64,000 nt of DNA, from IMG/VR virus record IMGVR_UViG_3300030118_004979, positions 4,400 through 68,399 of that record; one strand, 5' to 3'. The notes under the pieces are model-generated. The model did no database searches. It saw only the letters and a program-made list of their open reading frames with translations, and was not told where the DNA came from. Shown one piece after another: positions 1 to 8,987 of this stretch. The position numbers and the translations under genes were made by a program. Position 1 is the stretch's first letter, and every line of letters begins with the position of its first letter. Origin of the DNA: a virus.

Positions 1-1
1 C

Positions 2-622
2 GAGTTTGAAAAACACTATGTAGTAACTCCAAACATAGACAAAAGAACCAAACAGGGTAAACAAGAGTATGCAGAATTTATGTTAAAAAATCAGTTCAAA
101 ACTTTAATTTCTGAAAGTGATTTACAAACTATACAGATGATGTCAGATAAATTATCACAAGATTCATTGTGTAAAGATTTGTTAAAAATTGGCAAACCTG
201 AACAAATTATAGCATGGAATAATCCTGAATATGATGTAAATTGTAAAGGTATGCTAGATATACACTGTAATATAAATGACATAATTGTAGATCTAAAGAC
301 AACACAAGATTGTAATTTAAAACCATTTACAAGATCTATTAAAAAGTATATGTATCACAAGCAAGCTGCATTTTACACTGATGCTGTAAGAGCATTGTCA
401 TACTATATAGTAGCTATAGAAAAGAATCCACCATTTAGTTTAAATGTATTTGAAATTAGTGGTGATGTTCTAGATCAAGGCAGGGACTTATATAACCAAG
501 AACTTTATCTTTACAAAAGATGTTTAGATGAAGACAATTGGCCTGGTCCATCTATGGCTATTTGGAAAGATGTTCAAGACAGAGAGCCTATAGATATAAA
601 TAATTTTGAAGATATATTATGA
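2..622 (+). CDS. PD-(D/E)XK exonuclease, RecE/exonuclease VIII-like (DUF3799); 5' end lies outside the window
   Basis: Frame is open from base 2 (EFEKHYVVTPNIDKRTKQGKQEY..., the DxRTKxGK motif). Also CKGMLD..IVDLKTT, YHKQAAFY and AIEKNPPF motifs. Confidence 0.8.
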   Translation, partial: EFEKHYVVTPNIDKRTKQGKQEYAEFMLKNQFKTLISESDLQTIQMMSDKLSQDSLCKDLLKIGKPEQIIAWNNPEYDVNCKGMLDIHCNINDIIVDLKTTQDCNLKPFTRSIKKYMYHKQAAFYTDAVRALSYYIVAIEKNPPFSLNVFEISGDVLDQGRDLYNQELYLYKRCLDEDNWPGPSMAIWKDVQDREPIDINNFEDIL

Positions 623-1011
623 AAAACTCAGTAATTTTTGAAGGGGGCATTGATAAAGTTAGTACTTTAGCAGATGGTAGCTTACGTATTTACGTAGGCA
701 CCCCTGAGTTATCAAACGAAACCATGGTAAAGGTGTTTTCACTAATTAAAAAGCCTGGTTATGTTTTGGTATCAACAAGTTCTTTTAATCAAGAACAAAT
801 AGATGCAGTTGAAAAAGCAACTGTAAATGCAGAGTTTAGTGAAAAAACTCCTAGTCAAAGACTTAGGGGTGTTTTCTACAAACTATGGGAACAAACACAG
901 CCAAAGTCTATGAATGGAGACACAGGTGAATTAGAATATGTAGACTTTGATTTGTATTATAAAAGACAAATGAATAAACTTATTGATCACTATAAAACTA
1001 AACTAAACTAA
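619..1011 (+). CDS. hypothetical phage protein
   Basis: 130-aa ORF coupled to both neighbours; KTPSQRLRGVFY motif is common in phage replication modules. Confidence 0.7.
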   Translation: MKNSVIFEGGIDKVSTLADGSLRIYVGTPELSNETMVKVFSLIKKPGYVLVSTSSFNQEQIDAVEKATVNAEFSEKTPSQRLRGVFYKLWEQTQPKSMNGDTGELEYVDFDLYYKRQMNKLIDHYKTKLN

Positions 1012-1292
1012 TGACAGAACATGATGAGCAATACTATGAAAGAAATAGAAATGGCTTTGATTATATCACAGACACAACAGATTCCCGTATTCCCCACTAT
1101 TACGTAGGCTTATACTATAAATATGAAGCTAGAAAAATTATAGAAGACTACGATCTTTCGTATAACTTAGGGACTGCATGTAGTTATATACTCAGATCAG
1201 CTAGGAAACATAGCGATGGAGGTATATCTGATATAAAAAAAGCTATTGCTCATCTTGAATTTGAATTAGATAAAATTAAAAATAAATCATGA
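1011..1292 (+). CDS. DUF3310 (SaV-like) protein
   Basis: PHYY...YNLGTACSYILRSARK...DIKKAIAHL pattern. Confidence 0.75.
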   Translation: MTEHDEQYYERNRNGFDYITDTTDSRIPHYYVGLYYKYEARKIIEDYDLSYNLGTACSYILRSARKHSDGGISDIKKAIAHLEFELDKIKNKS

Positions 1293-1358
1293 TGGTATTT
1301 ATTATAACCCTTTCAATTATATTTTTGACTTTATATATTGGAATTAAAAAAGAAAACT

Positions 1359-1502
1359 ATGATCAGAAATAAAATTATGTATATAATATGTTATTTAGGC
1401 TTTACACCTAAAAAATACAGAAGACCTGTATTTACGGAAAACAATAAATATTTATGTTTAATTACAGGTAAAATTAGACGTAACTTTTCCATTTACCAAT
1501 AG
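1359..1502 (+). CDS. small hypothetical protein (47 aa, not in ORF track)
   Basis: ATG 1359 to TAG 1502, MIRNKIMYIICYLGFTPKKYRRPVF...; last plus-strand ORF before the convergence point. Confidence 0.35.
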   Translation: MIRNKIMYIICYLGFTPKKYRRPVFTENNKYLCLITGKIRRNFSIYQ

Positions 1503-1650
1503 GACACTCAGAACTAGACAGTTTAGTTTTTAAAAACATAAAACATAAACATTCTTTACACTGTTTTGTAGGTTTAAAAAATCTATTACAAGATTTACAT
1601 ATACTCATTCTATCTTCAGATATATTTTTTGGAACTATAAATTCTTTCAT
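1474..1650 (-). CDS. DUF6171-like Cys-rich zinc-binding protein (58 aa, not in ORF track)
   Basis: Translated manually: MKEFIVPKNISEDRMSICKSCNRFFKPTKQCKECLCFMFLKTKLSSSECPIGKWKSYV. ATGA overlap with the upstream gene stop. Confidence 0.75.
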   Translation of the reverse strand: MKEFIVPKNISEDRMSICKSCNRFFKPTKQCKECLCFMFLKTKLSSSECPIGKWKSYV

Positions 1651-2930
1651 ATACTTACATTATAGTTTAATATACCTTGTAAACCATTTTGTCTGTTATA
1701 TATGAAAGCTTGTGCTTTTTTAATATTACCTATAAAACCTTTTGAATCATGCCAATAATCTGTTGCTGACATTGAAGATAAGTTCCTTACGGTTATACCG
1801 TTAAGTTCTTCTATTGCTTGTAACTTCATAGCTTTATTGGTATGATAGTGTCCTCTATGCACTTCAACATAATTTACATCACTCCATAAATTTTTAAATC
1901 TTTGCGATATAATACCTGGCAAATCAGCCGTCTTTGGTCCATCACCATGATCACTAATTATTAAATTGTTACCATAGGGTATAGCCTTCATTAAACAATC
2001 CGAATTATCTACTTTTACATTATCATTATTTTCGTAGTATAACTCTAAAAGATCACCTAAATGCATTATTGATTCTCTATCATGATTACCTGGTATAACC
2101 ATTACATGAACATTAGCTATTTCATATAGTCTATTTATAGCTTTGATCATAAGCTTTCTAGCTGTACGGTACATATCAATATGAAAATCAGAATTAAATT
2201 GTGGCGTACCTTTTGTAGTGCTTGGTATTGGCCAATCACCATCAGAGTTTAATAAATCTTGTCCTACAATAAATAATATCTTGTCTATGTAATACCCTTG
2301 CGCCCTATACAAAAGATGCTCTATGGCGCTTAAAAGGCGTTCTTCAGCAATTTCCATGCTGTATTCATCACCTTTTATACCAATCTTACCAATATGTAAA
2401 TCAAATGCAGATATTTCTAATAAGTGTAAATCATTACGATCATCAGGTCTTTCCCTTTTTATTAGCTTTACTTTAGGTGACAAGTTTGCTAAGTCTTCTA
2501 TTATATTTTGTTTGACTTTTTTTATGTTTAACTCAGTCTTGATTCTTTTTAACCAAGCCTTAGTTCTAAACATCGTAACTGTCACAGGTTTTCTTTTTTC
2601 ATCAAAACCTGTTACTTCATATGTACCTATATCATACTTGTCTACCTCCCATAAATCTAAATCTACGGAACAAGCAGCTAATAAATCTTCAAGTGATTTT
2701 ACTCTAGTACAATTTTCAGCAGTTAATACTGCTTCATTGTTTGCTTCTTGAAAGCTTATAACTTCTTTCTCTTTAGGTTGTTTGTCTGGATTATCTTTTC
2801 TAAGTTTTCTAGCTACAGTTCTGATCTGTTCATAATTAGTTCCAAATATCTTGGCAGTATCAGCATACTTGCTTCGTAACAAATGTGGATTTGCTAATAA
2901 ATATTCTTTTATTTTATCATTAAGTGACAT
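1647..2930 (-). CDS. calcineurin-like metallophosphoesterase with N-terminal HTH-like region
   Basis: All five motifs present: FDLHIG, GQD, PGNHD, DHGD, GHYH. Confidence 0.85.
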   Translation of the reverse strand: MSLNDKIKEYLLANPHLLRSKYADTAKIFGTNYEQIRTVARKLRKDNPDKQPKEKEVISFQEANNEAVLTAENCTRVKSLEDLLAACSVDLDLWEVDKYDIGTYEVTGFDEKRKPVTVTMFRTKAWLKRIKTELNIKKVKQNIIEDLANLSPKVKLIKRERPDDRNDLHLLEISAFDLHIGKIGIKGDEYSMEIAEERLLSAIEHLLYRAQGYYIDKILFIVGQDLLNSDGDWPIPSTTKGTPQFNSDFHIDMYRTARKLMIKAINRLYEIANVHVMVIPGNHDRESIMHLGDLLELYYENNDNVKVDNSDCLMKAIPYGNNLIISDHGDGPKTADLPGIISQRFKNLWSDVNYVEVHRGHYHTNKAMKLQAIEELNGITVRNLSSMSATDYWHDSKGFIGNIKKAQAFIYNRQNGLQGILNYNVSI

Positions 2931-3173
2931 TTATTCTTTTATACCATATCCATGTTGACTGACTAGTTCTAAATTTATTGGTTTTAATGTATGTTTTGAT
3001 TTGTTACCGATTATCTTCTTAACAACTTTATCCACAACTTTTTGATCAGTAAATATAGATCCTTTATTATACCCTTTGACTATAACTTCTTTTATGATAT
3101 AAATCTTATTTCTTGCGTCTTTAAATGTCCAATTACTTAACCATATAGGGACATTGAAATCTTTACTTTTCAC
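2931..3173 (-). CDS. hypothetical protein
   Basis: 80-aa ORF abutting both neighbours. Confidence 0.6.
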   Translation of the reverse strand: MKSKDFNVPIWLSNWTFKDARNKIYIIKEVIVKGYNKGSIFTDQKVVDKVVKKIIGNKSKHTLKPINLELVSQHGYGIKE

Positions 3174-3721
3174 GACTTAATAACAGTAAACTGTGTATAC
3201 TGTTGAGAACTTACTACGTAAAAATATATTGTTTTATTAAAATTACCAAAGTGTCTAGTAATACCAGAGTCTTCTAATGATATGACAGAAGCATGTGGTA
3301 TATCCATAGTAAATATTCTAATAAAGTTACCAGTTTGCTGTGAAGATATTCTACCTGCGGATACAGTAGCTGCAGCTTCTCCAGGACCTGTTATACTCCA
3401 ATACATACTAATTACAGCATCATTACTACTTGAGTTCCAATGTGATATAATTACATCTTTTAAAGCTTGTCCTGGGTTTAGTTCAGTTAATGTATATAAT
3501 GTATTTACTGTATCTGTTTTAACAAAGCTTAAATTATCATTTCTAGAAACTGATTCCGTCTCTATAGGTTGTCTAGATCTAGCTACTATTTCTTGTCTTC
3601 TTCTTTGTCTTGTAGTAACTTGTCTTTCCACAGTTCTTCTCTGAACTTGACGATTAACCTCAAACTGAGATCTTCTGTATTCAGATTTCTTAATAAATTT
3701 ATTGTCTTTTTCTTTAGCCAT
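3170..3721 (-). CDS. hypothetical protein, basic N-terminus plus beta-rich C-terminal domain (probable structural)
   Basis: Arg-rich N-terminus; lies next to a tail fibre gene. Confidence 0.55.
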   Translation of the reverse strand: MAKEKDNKFIKKSEYRRSQFEVNRQVQRRTVERQVTTRQRRRQEIVARSRQPIETESVSRNDNLSFVKTDTVNTLYTLTELNPGQALKDVIISHWNSSSNDAVISMYWSITGPGEAAATVSAGRISSQQTGNFIRIFTMDIPHASVISLEDSGITRHFGNFNKTIYFYVVSSQQYTQFTVIKS

Positions 3722-3724
3722 AAT

Positions 3725-5095
3725 TTACCATTTTATTTCTATTGCAGCGCTAACAAAAGCTTTACCACCAGCACTAACAGCACTACTATCACCTTTTACC
3801 ATAATCATTATGTGACTGCCAGCTGCCACTGTTGTATTATTTATATCCCCCACAGCCACTGCTACTGTTTTTACTTTATTATTATTTGTTGATGAAGCTA
3901 CAACTACTTCTTCAAATATTGTTCTAGGATGATCATTTGTATCTGCCGCTAATTCAGAAGGAACATATTCTACAATAGCTACTGTAATATTACCACTACC
4001 AGCATTACATGTAACTTGCATATTAATAGCATTTAAATTACAAGCAACAGGAACGTGAAAACCAGCAGATCTAAATAGTTTAGATTGTGTAACCTCTGTG
4101 CTACTACTGATTGTTGCACTACCATAATCTAAAGCAATTTCAAACGGAGACTTTGTATCTTCAACATCTTCTGTAAATTGATAATTTGTAGTTAACGTAC
4201 AAAAACCTTTTAAATTTACAAACTGAGCGTATATACCAGATGATGTTGATGGTGTGTTAACAGTTAAATTACCTGCTATTAGAGCGTTCTGCGAAGTGTC
4301 TAAAGTTAATGCTGTTGTGTTATTGGTAAATAAAGCAACTTCACCATCACTTTGTACAGAACCTATATAAAAACCATCACCTCCCCCACCTCCAGTAGGA
4401 TCAGAAGTTCTAATCATATAATCTGTAACACCACTATTATTTACAAAATTAATTTGCTGGTCATCATCATCAGTAGTGTCTTTTAATATTAACTTTGGAC
4501 CTCCAGTTTCAATATTAATTGCATTTTCAAAAGTTGCACCTGCATTGAAAAGAGCCTTACCTTGTTCAGACATATCAAGAGTTAAAGCAGTAATATCTGT
4601 AGCAACACTTGATTGTGTGTCTGTTCCTTTAAATATAATATTTTTATCAGTAGCACCATTATCTATAGTTAAATGACCAGTTGAATTTGTTATAAAACTA
4701 TCACTAGCATCATGATGTATTTGTAAATCACTACCACTACCAAATTTAGCTTTTACATTATCAGTAAAATGCATATCCTTACTAACTGTAATATTTACTT
4801 CGCTTCCATTTATTTTAAAATATTCTTCATTAGACTCTAAATCACTTGTAGTTTGAAACACAACACTACCTCCAGCTTCTGTATTATTTATAACAATATT
4901 TGTTCCATCAAAAGAATAACCTGTTAATGCAAGTTCTGCAGTAATATCTGTAATAGGTCTTTGAACTAACGTCCCATTAGTTTTTATAATTAACATATTA
5001 TCATCACTTGATAACCCAGAGGATACTTCTTTAAATATTACTGTATTATCAAATATAGTTTTAAATCTATTAATATGTTTACCTAAAAACTTCAT
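3725..5095 (-). CDS. tail fibre / receptor-binding protein
   Basis: KFGSGSDLQIHHDASDSFI repeat typical of marine phage fibres; TALTLD repeats; Thr/Ser/Gly/Asn-rich; C-terminal beta-sandwich. Confidence 0.7.
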   Translation of the reverse strand: MKFLGKHINRFKTIFDNTVIFKEVSSGLSSDDNMLIIKTNGTLVQRPITDITAELALTGYSFDGTNIVINNTEAGGSVVFQTTSDLESNEEYFKINGSEVNITVSKDMHFTDNVKAKFGSGSDLQIHHDASDSFITNSTGHLTIDNGATDKNIIFKGTDTQSSVATDITALTLDMSEQGKALFNAGATFENAINIETGGPKLILKDTTDDDDQQINFVNNSGVTDYMIRTSDPTGGGGGDGFYIGSVQSDGEVALFTNNTTALTLDTSQNALIAGNLTVNTPSTSSGIYAQFVNLKGFCTLTTNYQFTEDVEDTKSPFEIALDYGSATISSSTEVTQSKLFRSAGFHVPVACNLNAINMQVTCNAGSGNITVAIVEYVPSELAADTNDHPRTIFEEVVVASSTNNNKVKTVAVAVGDINNTTVAAGSHIMIMVKGDSSAVSAGGKAFVSAAIEIKW

Positions 5096-5556
5096 TAGGC
5101 AATATCAACATATTCTATAAAAACTTTTTCTTTTTGTAATGCTTTAGCAATATCTGGATATATTCTTTTATACGCGTTAGTGGATTTGCCAATAAACCCA
5201 TCTTTGATGATAACATTATTCTCCTGCGAATCACCAACAAGAAGACACCCAGCAGTATGTTCATCAGTATTACCAGTATGAATGAGAATGTACTCAAAAT
5301 TTGGTACACCAATAACATGTAACATTCCTTTATGGAATGAAAACCTTTTTTTATATTTTTCATGGAAGCCTCCTTCTTTTCGGAGTTTTATTTGATAAGT
5401 TCCTTGTGGCACTCTAGTTTCACCACGAACCTTATTATCTCTATGTTCATCTTCTAATGTATAACATAGAAAATCTAATTTATTATTTTTTTCTAAAAAA
5501 AGTAAGCCAGAAGTACTATCCTCCTGGCTACTAATTCTTAATACCTTAAGTTTCAT
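5095..5556 (-). CDS. DUF5675 protein, putative endolysin (L,D-transpeptidase-like His/Cys catalytic pair)
   Basis: CYTLED..GETRVPQGTY..ILIHTGNTDEHTAGCLLVG; lies near the holin. Confidence 0.75.
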   Translation of the reverse strand: MKLKVLRISSQEDSTSGLLFLEKNNKLDFLCYTLEDEHRDNKVRGETRVPQGTYQIKLRKEGGFHEKYKKRFSFHKGMLHVIGVPNFEYILIHTGNTDEHTAGCLLVGDSQENNVIIKDGFIGKSTNAYKRIYPDIAKALQKEKVFIEYVDIA

Positions 5557-5566
5557 GTTACTTCAA

Positions 5567-5992
5567 TTAGTCATCAGAACTAATTCCTGTATCAGGTCCA
5601 TCACATAACAAGTACTGTGCTTTTTGTGCAGCAGTTGTTGCTTGTAAATCTAGATTAGTTGAACCGTCTCCAGCACCATCTACATGCACTGGTGAAAACA
5701 TACATTCACCTGGCTTAAGATCTGCTATAACATCACCATCTGGTTTTACTGCAATAGGATAATCTGTATCTACATTTTTTACAAATGTAAAAATCATATC
5801 TTTATTATTACTGGCACTTGATATAGTAGTAGCTCCTGTGCCTACAAGAATTTCTCCTGTATGTAAAATATTAGAATCTACTGTTGTGCTTGATGTAGTA
5901 AAACTTGGTGAATAAGATAATACTGCATTTCCATCTGAATCTACTAAACTAAGTGATCCAGATACTTGTATTGATAATGATTGTGTAGCCAT
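5567..5992 (-). CDS. small beta-sandwich virion protein (paralog family with 6003-6392 and 39042-39503)
   Basis: FVKNVDTD...IADLKPGE motif shared with its neighbour. Confidence 0.55.
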   Translation of the reverse strand: MATQSLSIQVSGSLSLVDSDGNAVLSYSPSFTTSSTTVDSNILHTGEILVGTGATTISSASNNKDMIFTFVKNVDTDYPIAVKPDGDVIADLKPGECMFSPVHVDGAGDGSTNLDLQATTAAQKAQYLLCDGPDTGISSDD

Positions 5993-6002
5993 ATTTTTTT
6001 AT

Positions 6003-6392
6003 TTATGCGTTTGAATCTATTTCTATTGCTGCGTACTCAATTGTAACAGTAGCTGTATCAGCTTTTGCTACAGTAGTACCTGTTCCTCTTATAATAGTCA
6101 TTAAAAATTGACCTGGCTCAAGTATACCTATTAGATCATTTGCACTTGAAGCACCATCATAAATTTTTACAAAATTAGTATCATCAAGATTTCTAACATA
6201 TATCATTCTTCCATGACCTGGAGCTGCCATTACTGTTGTATCTCCATCATGCGCTACATCAAATCTACCTGTTGCTATTTGATCTACACCAGTAATATTA
6301 AGCGTATATGATCCAGTCTGTGATAATGAATATCCAGTGCCTGAAGTGGCCGTCATATTAATTGAACAATTTAAAGTATAATTTTTTGCCAT
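6003..6392 (-). CDS. small beta-sandwich virion protein
   Basis: IYVRNLDDTNFV...IGILEPGQ; has its own upstream promoter element. Confidence 0.55.
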   Translation of the reverse strand: MAKNYTLNCSINMTATSGTGYSLSQTGSYTLNITGVDQIATGRFDVAHDGDTTVMAAPGHGRMIYVRNLDDTNFVKIYDGASSANDLIGILEPGQFLMTIIRGTGTTVAKADTATVTIEYAAIEIDSNA

Positions 6393-6406
6393 CTTATTAT
6401 TTTTTA

Positions 6407-6414
6407 CAAATTTA
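6407..6414 (-). promoter_or_regulatory. Bacteroidota -7 promoter element TAAATTTG
   Basis: Matches TAnnTTTG 14 nt upstream of the 6392 start. Confidence 0.6.
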
Positions 6415-6678
6415 ACAAATTTTTACCATTTTATCTTTTTCTTTATGTGATTTTATTCTAGCACATTTTTCGTATTCTTCGCTATCAATATAATAATTTA
6501 TTAAATCATCATATATTTTATTTGGTATTCTTTTTTTTGGATTAAAAGGTAAACTACACCCATTGTATTCAAATAACTCTAAAAAAGTCATTTGTCTTGT
6601 TACAATTAAATATGCATTTCGCATTGATTCATGATATAATTGTTCTTCATCTGTGTACATCCTATTAAGGATTTTCAT
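6412..6678 (-). CDS. hypothetical protein with C-terminal UVR-like motif
   Basis: YYIDSEEYEKCARIK resembles the UvrB/UvrC coiled-coil motif. Confidence 0.55.
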   Translation of the reverse strand: MKILNRMYTDEEQLYHESMRNAYLIVTRQMTFLELFEYNGCSLPFNPKKRIPNKIYDDLINYYIDSEEYEKCARIKSHKEKDKMVKIC

Positions 6679-7067
6679 TTTTTAACTTTTTCTAGAGATC
6701 TACCACCAAAATACGCACCTATTACTGTAATTAAAACTAATTGTAATAAATCCACATACGAATCTTTTACCTCAAAACTTATAAAACCAGCATCAATAAA
6801 TACAAGTAGCACTGTGCTAATTACTAAAAATACTAATACTAATGGTCTTATGTTTTTACTTAACCATGAGTCAGAGTTCATATCAAGTTTCCATCTTTCA
6901 GTAACTTGTTTTTGCATTTCAGCTTCATAACCCATAATTAAATCTTTTATCTTTCTTTCTGCTTCTAGCTTTTCTTCTTTTGTAGTTGTAAGATTATCTA
7001 ATACACCACCTACATTTTTAACTAATTCACCAGCTCCTGCTGAAAATATTTTACCTAATACACTCAT
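6675..7067 (-). CDS. holin (GTA-type 3TM holin family)
   Basis: RWKLDMNSDSWLSKNIRPLVL, two hydrophobic helices, GAYFGGRSLEK. Confidence 0.8.
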   Translation of the reverse strand: MSVLGKIFSAGAGELVKNVGGVLDNLTTTKEEKLEAERKIKDLIMGYEAEMQKQVTERWKLDMNSDSWLSKNIRPLVLVFLVISTVLLVFIDAGFISFEVKDSYVDLLQLVLITVIGAYFGGRSLEKVKK

Positions 7068-7273
7068 GATTTTTTTCTTATATATTCTAATATAATATCT
7101 ATTTTCTTTTTTATTTCTTCCATATTAACAGCATTTTTTTCATGATGTTTTGAAAATGTATTCTTAACTTCATGTATGCTAAAAAAGAAAAATCTATATA
7201 AAGCATATAATGCTCCTAGTAATAATACTAAAGGTAATCCGTATCCTTCTATTAATTCTAAGATCTCAGCCAT
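7064..7273 (-). CDS. small membrane protein (lysis-associated?)
   Basis: N-terminal TM helix (YGLPLVLLLGALYALY) plus coiled coil; overlaps the holin start. Confidence 0.6.
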   Translation of the reverse strand: MAEILELIEGYGLPLVLLLGALYALYRFFFFSIHEVKNTFSKHHEKNAVNMEEIKKKIDIILEYIRKKS

Positions 7274-7275
7274 AA

Positions 7276-7527
7276 TTAATAACCTCCACCACCTCCACTT
7301 GTAGATCCACCAGATGTTATATTAGTTGTACCACCTAATGGACCAAATTGTATATTACTTTGTCTACTACCTGTAGCTGTACTATGAGATGAACCACCCA
7401 TATAACCAACTACTCCACGTACAACGTGTGTATGATATCCTGTTAATCCATTAGCTCTAGCGTAATTTAAAGCCTCTTGTATTGTAGAATATACAGGCAC
7501 ACCTCCTATTGTTCCTAATACTGCCAT
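7276..7527 (-). CDS. small protein with GYHTH...YMGG..H putative metal-binding motif
   Basis: HxH...H pattern; Gly/Ser-rich tail. Confidence 0.55.
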   Translation of the reverse strand: MAVLGTIGGVPVYSTIQEALNYARANGLTGYHTHVVRGVVGYMGGSSHSTATGSRQSNIQFGPLGGTTNITSGGSTSGGGGGY

Positions 7528-7859
7528 TAATCTAATTGTCTAAATAATGTTTCTGGTAATCTACCACCACTAGCACATTTCCATCTTCTTCTAGCTTGTC
7601 TAATTCTAGAGTTTGGATTATTCCTAGTTTTAGCACTACTTCTTTTCAATTGACCTAAACTTCTAGCACAATATGACTTTCTACGTTTAGCAGCTTTGCT
7701 ACCTGGTTTTACTTTACCAGTAACAGCTGTTTTAAGTTTACTTCCAGGATTAGCTTTTCTAAATAGAGCTACTCCCTTACGAGTCATACCAGCGCCAGAC
7801 TTTGTCTTACGATAGTTACCACCTTTGCCAATAGTACGTCTTATTTGCTTTTGAGGCAT
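7527..7859 (-). CDS. small basic protein (RRKSYCARS type) ending in RQLD
   Basis: Lys/Arg-rich; TAATG coupling on both sides. Confidence 0.75.
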   Translation of the reverse strand: MPQKQIRRTIGKGGNYRKTKSGAGMTRKGVALFRKANPGSKLKTAVTGKVKPGSKAAKRRKSYCARSLGQLKRSSAKTRNNPNSRIRQARRRWKCASGGRLPETLFRQLD

Positions 7860-8212
7860 TAATCTAATTGTCTATATGATGCTCCATACTTTTCTCCTTT
7901 TGCCTTCATGCCATGGCCTGCCTTTTTCATTTTCATTCCATACATAGCTTTTGGCATCTTCATACCCATTTCAGCTTTTTGCATAGACATTCCATTTAAC
8001 ATTTTACCACCACCAGCATAGTTCATCATATCTCTTTTCATTTTCATTCCGCCTGGTGCTTTTTTCATTTTACCACCATACATCATGAAGCCCATATTAT
8101 TTCTGACGTCTTTAGGTAATTTAGCTAAACCTGGATTCTTTACAGAATCAACTGGCTTAAGTTTACCACCCTTTTTGTACATCATCTTTTTTTTCTTTTT
8201 AGCGTGTTTCAT
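7859..8212 (-). CDS. Lys/Met/Gly-rich basic protein with KAxxGMKM repeats, ending in RQLD
   Basis: YKKGGK, MYGGK, YAGGGK, KAEMGMKM, KAMYGMKM, KAGHGMK. Confidence 0.7.
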   Translation of the reverse strand: MKHAKKKKKMMYKKGGKLKPVDSVKNPGLAKLPKDVRNNMGFMMYGGKMKKAPGGMKMKRDMMNYAGGGKMLNGMSMQKAEMGMKMPKAMYGMKMKKAGHGMKAKGEKYGASYRQLD

Positions 8213-8223
8213 TTTATATAATA

Positions 8224-8481
8224 TTAATCAAGTTGTCTTAAAAATTTTCCTCCACTCTTGTACCTACTCACTCTTCCTTTTTTCTTTTTTTCCCTTGCAG
8301 CTCTTCTTTTCTCTCCAGGTGTTAATTCACTCCATGTTTTAGGAGTATCCTTAGAAATACGCTTAGTAGGTCTAAATGTATTTTCACCTTTACTATAATC
8401 TTTTTCACCAGAAGGCGTTCTCCAATCTTCTTTAAACCAACGTTTTAATCTTAATCCAGCTTTTGTTTTTCTAACAGCCAT
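8224..8481 (-). CDS. DUF5872-like basic protein ending in RQLD (start reassigned to MAVRKTK at 8481)
   Basis: LKRWFKEDWRT...FRPTKRISKDTPKTWSEL motif; ATG directly follows the upstream stop. Confidence 0.7.
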   Translation of the reverse strand: MAVRKTKAGLRLKRWFKEDWRTPSGEKDYSKGENTFRPTKRISKDTPKTWSELTPGEKRRAAREKKKKGRVSRYKSGGKFLRQLD

Positions 8482-8482
8482 A

Positions 8483-8701
8483 TTAATCGTGTTGGAATAT
8501 TCCTTTACCGCATTTATCAGATGATGATAAAAATCTACCACCTGATTTATACTTCATTCCTTTTGATCCTTTCTTTTTACTTTTATTTCCCCAATTAGCA
8601 GCACCTACTTTTCTGCACTTAGCCATAGCACCACTTCTGTATGCTGATGTCTTAGGTCCATATCTAGCTACTACTTTATGATAACAAGCGTCTTTAGGCA
8701 T
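8483..8701 (-). CDS. small basic protein (DACYHKV...SAYRSGA type) ending in FQHD; start reassigned to 8701
   Basis: MPKDACYHKVVARYGPKTSAYRSGAMAKCRK; start overlaps the upstream stop. Confidence 0.7.
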   Translation of the reverse strand: MPKDACYHKVVARYGPKTSAYRSGAMAKCRKVGAANWGNKSKKKGSKGMKYKSGGRFLSSSDKCGKGIFQHD

Positions 8702-8987
8702 TTTTTCTAGTTTTTCTGATCGCTTCTTTACCTCTTCTAAATATAGAAGCAACCTGTGTTTTCTTCATTACTTTTGCCCTTTGTTCCCCAACAGTTAATA
8801 TTTGTATTTTTCTAGCAAACGGTTTACTAATCTTTTTTACCTTTGCTACAGTAGCTCTAGCATCTGCAGGTGTAGCAAATTTAATTCTAACAGTATCTTT
8901 TGGATTTTCATCTGTGTACAGTCTACGTCCAGTATTCTTAGGTTTTTTACCTGTTCCTTTTTTAGGATCTCTAACTTTTCTTGGCAC
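8694..8987 (-). CDS. small basic protein (GRRLYTDENPKDTV type); probable GTG start at 8987
   Basis: Lys/Arg-rich; the GTG overlaps the end of the 8971-9138 ORF. Confidence 0.65.
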   Translation of the reverse strand: MPRKVRDPKKGTGKKPKNTGRRLYTDENPKDTVRIKFATPADARATVAKVKKISKPFARKIQILTVGEQRAKVMKKTQVASIFRRGKEAIRKTRKNA

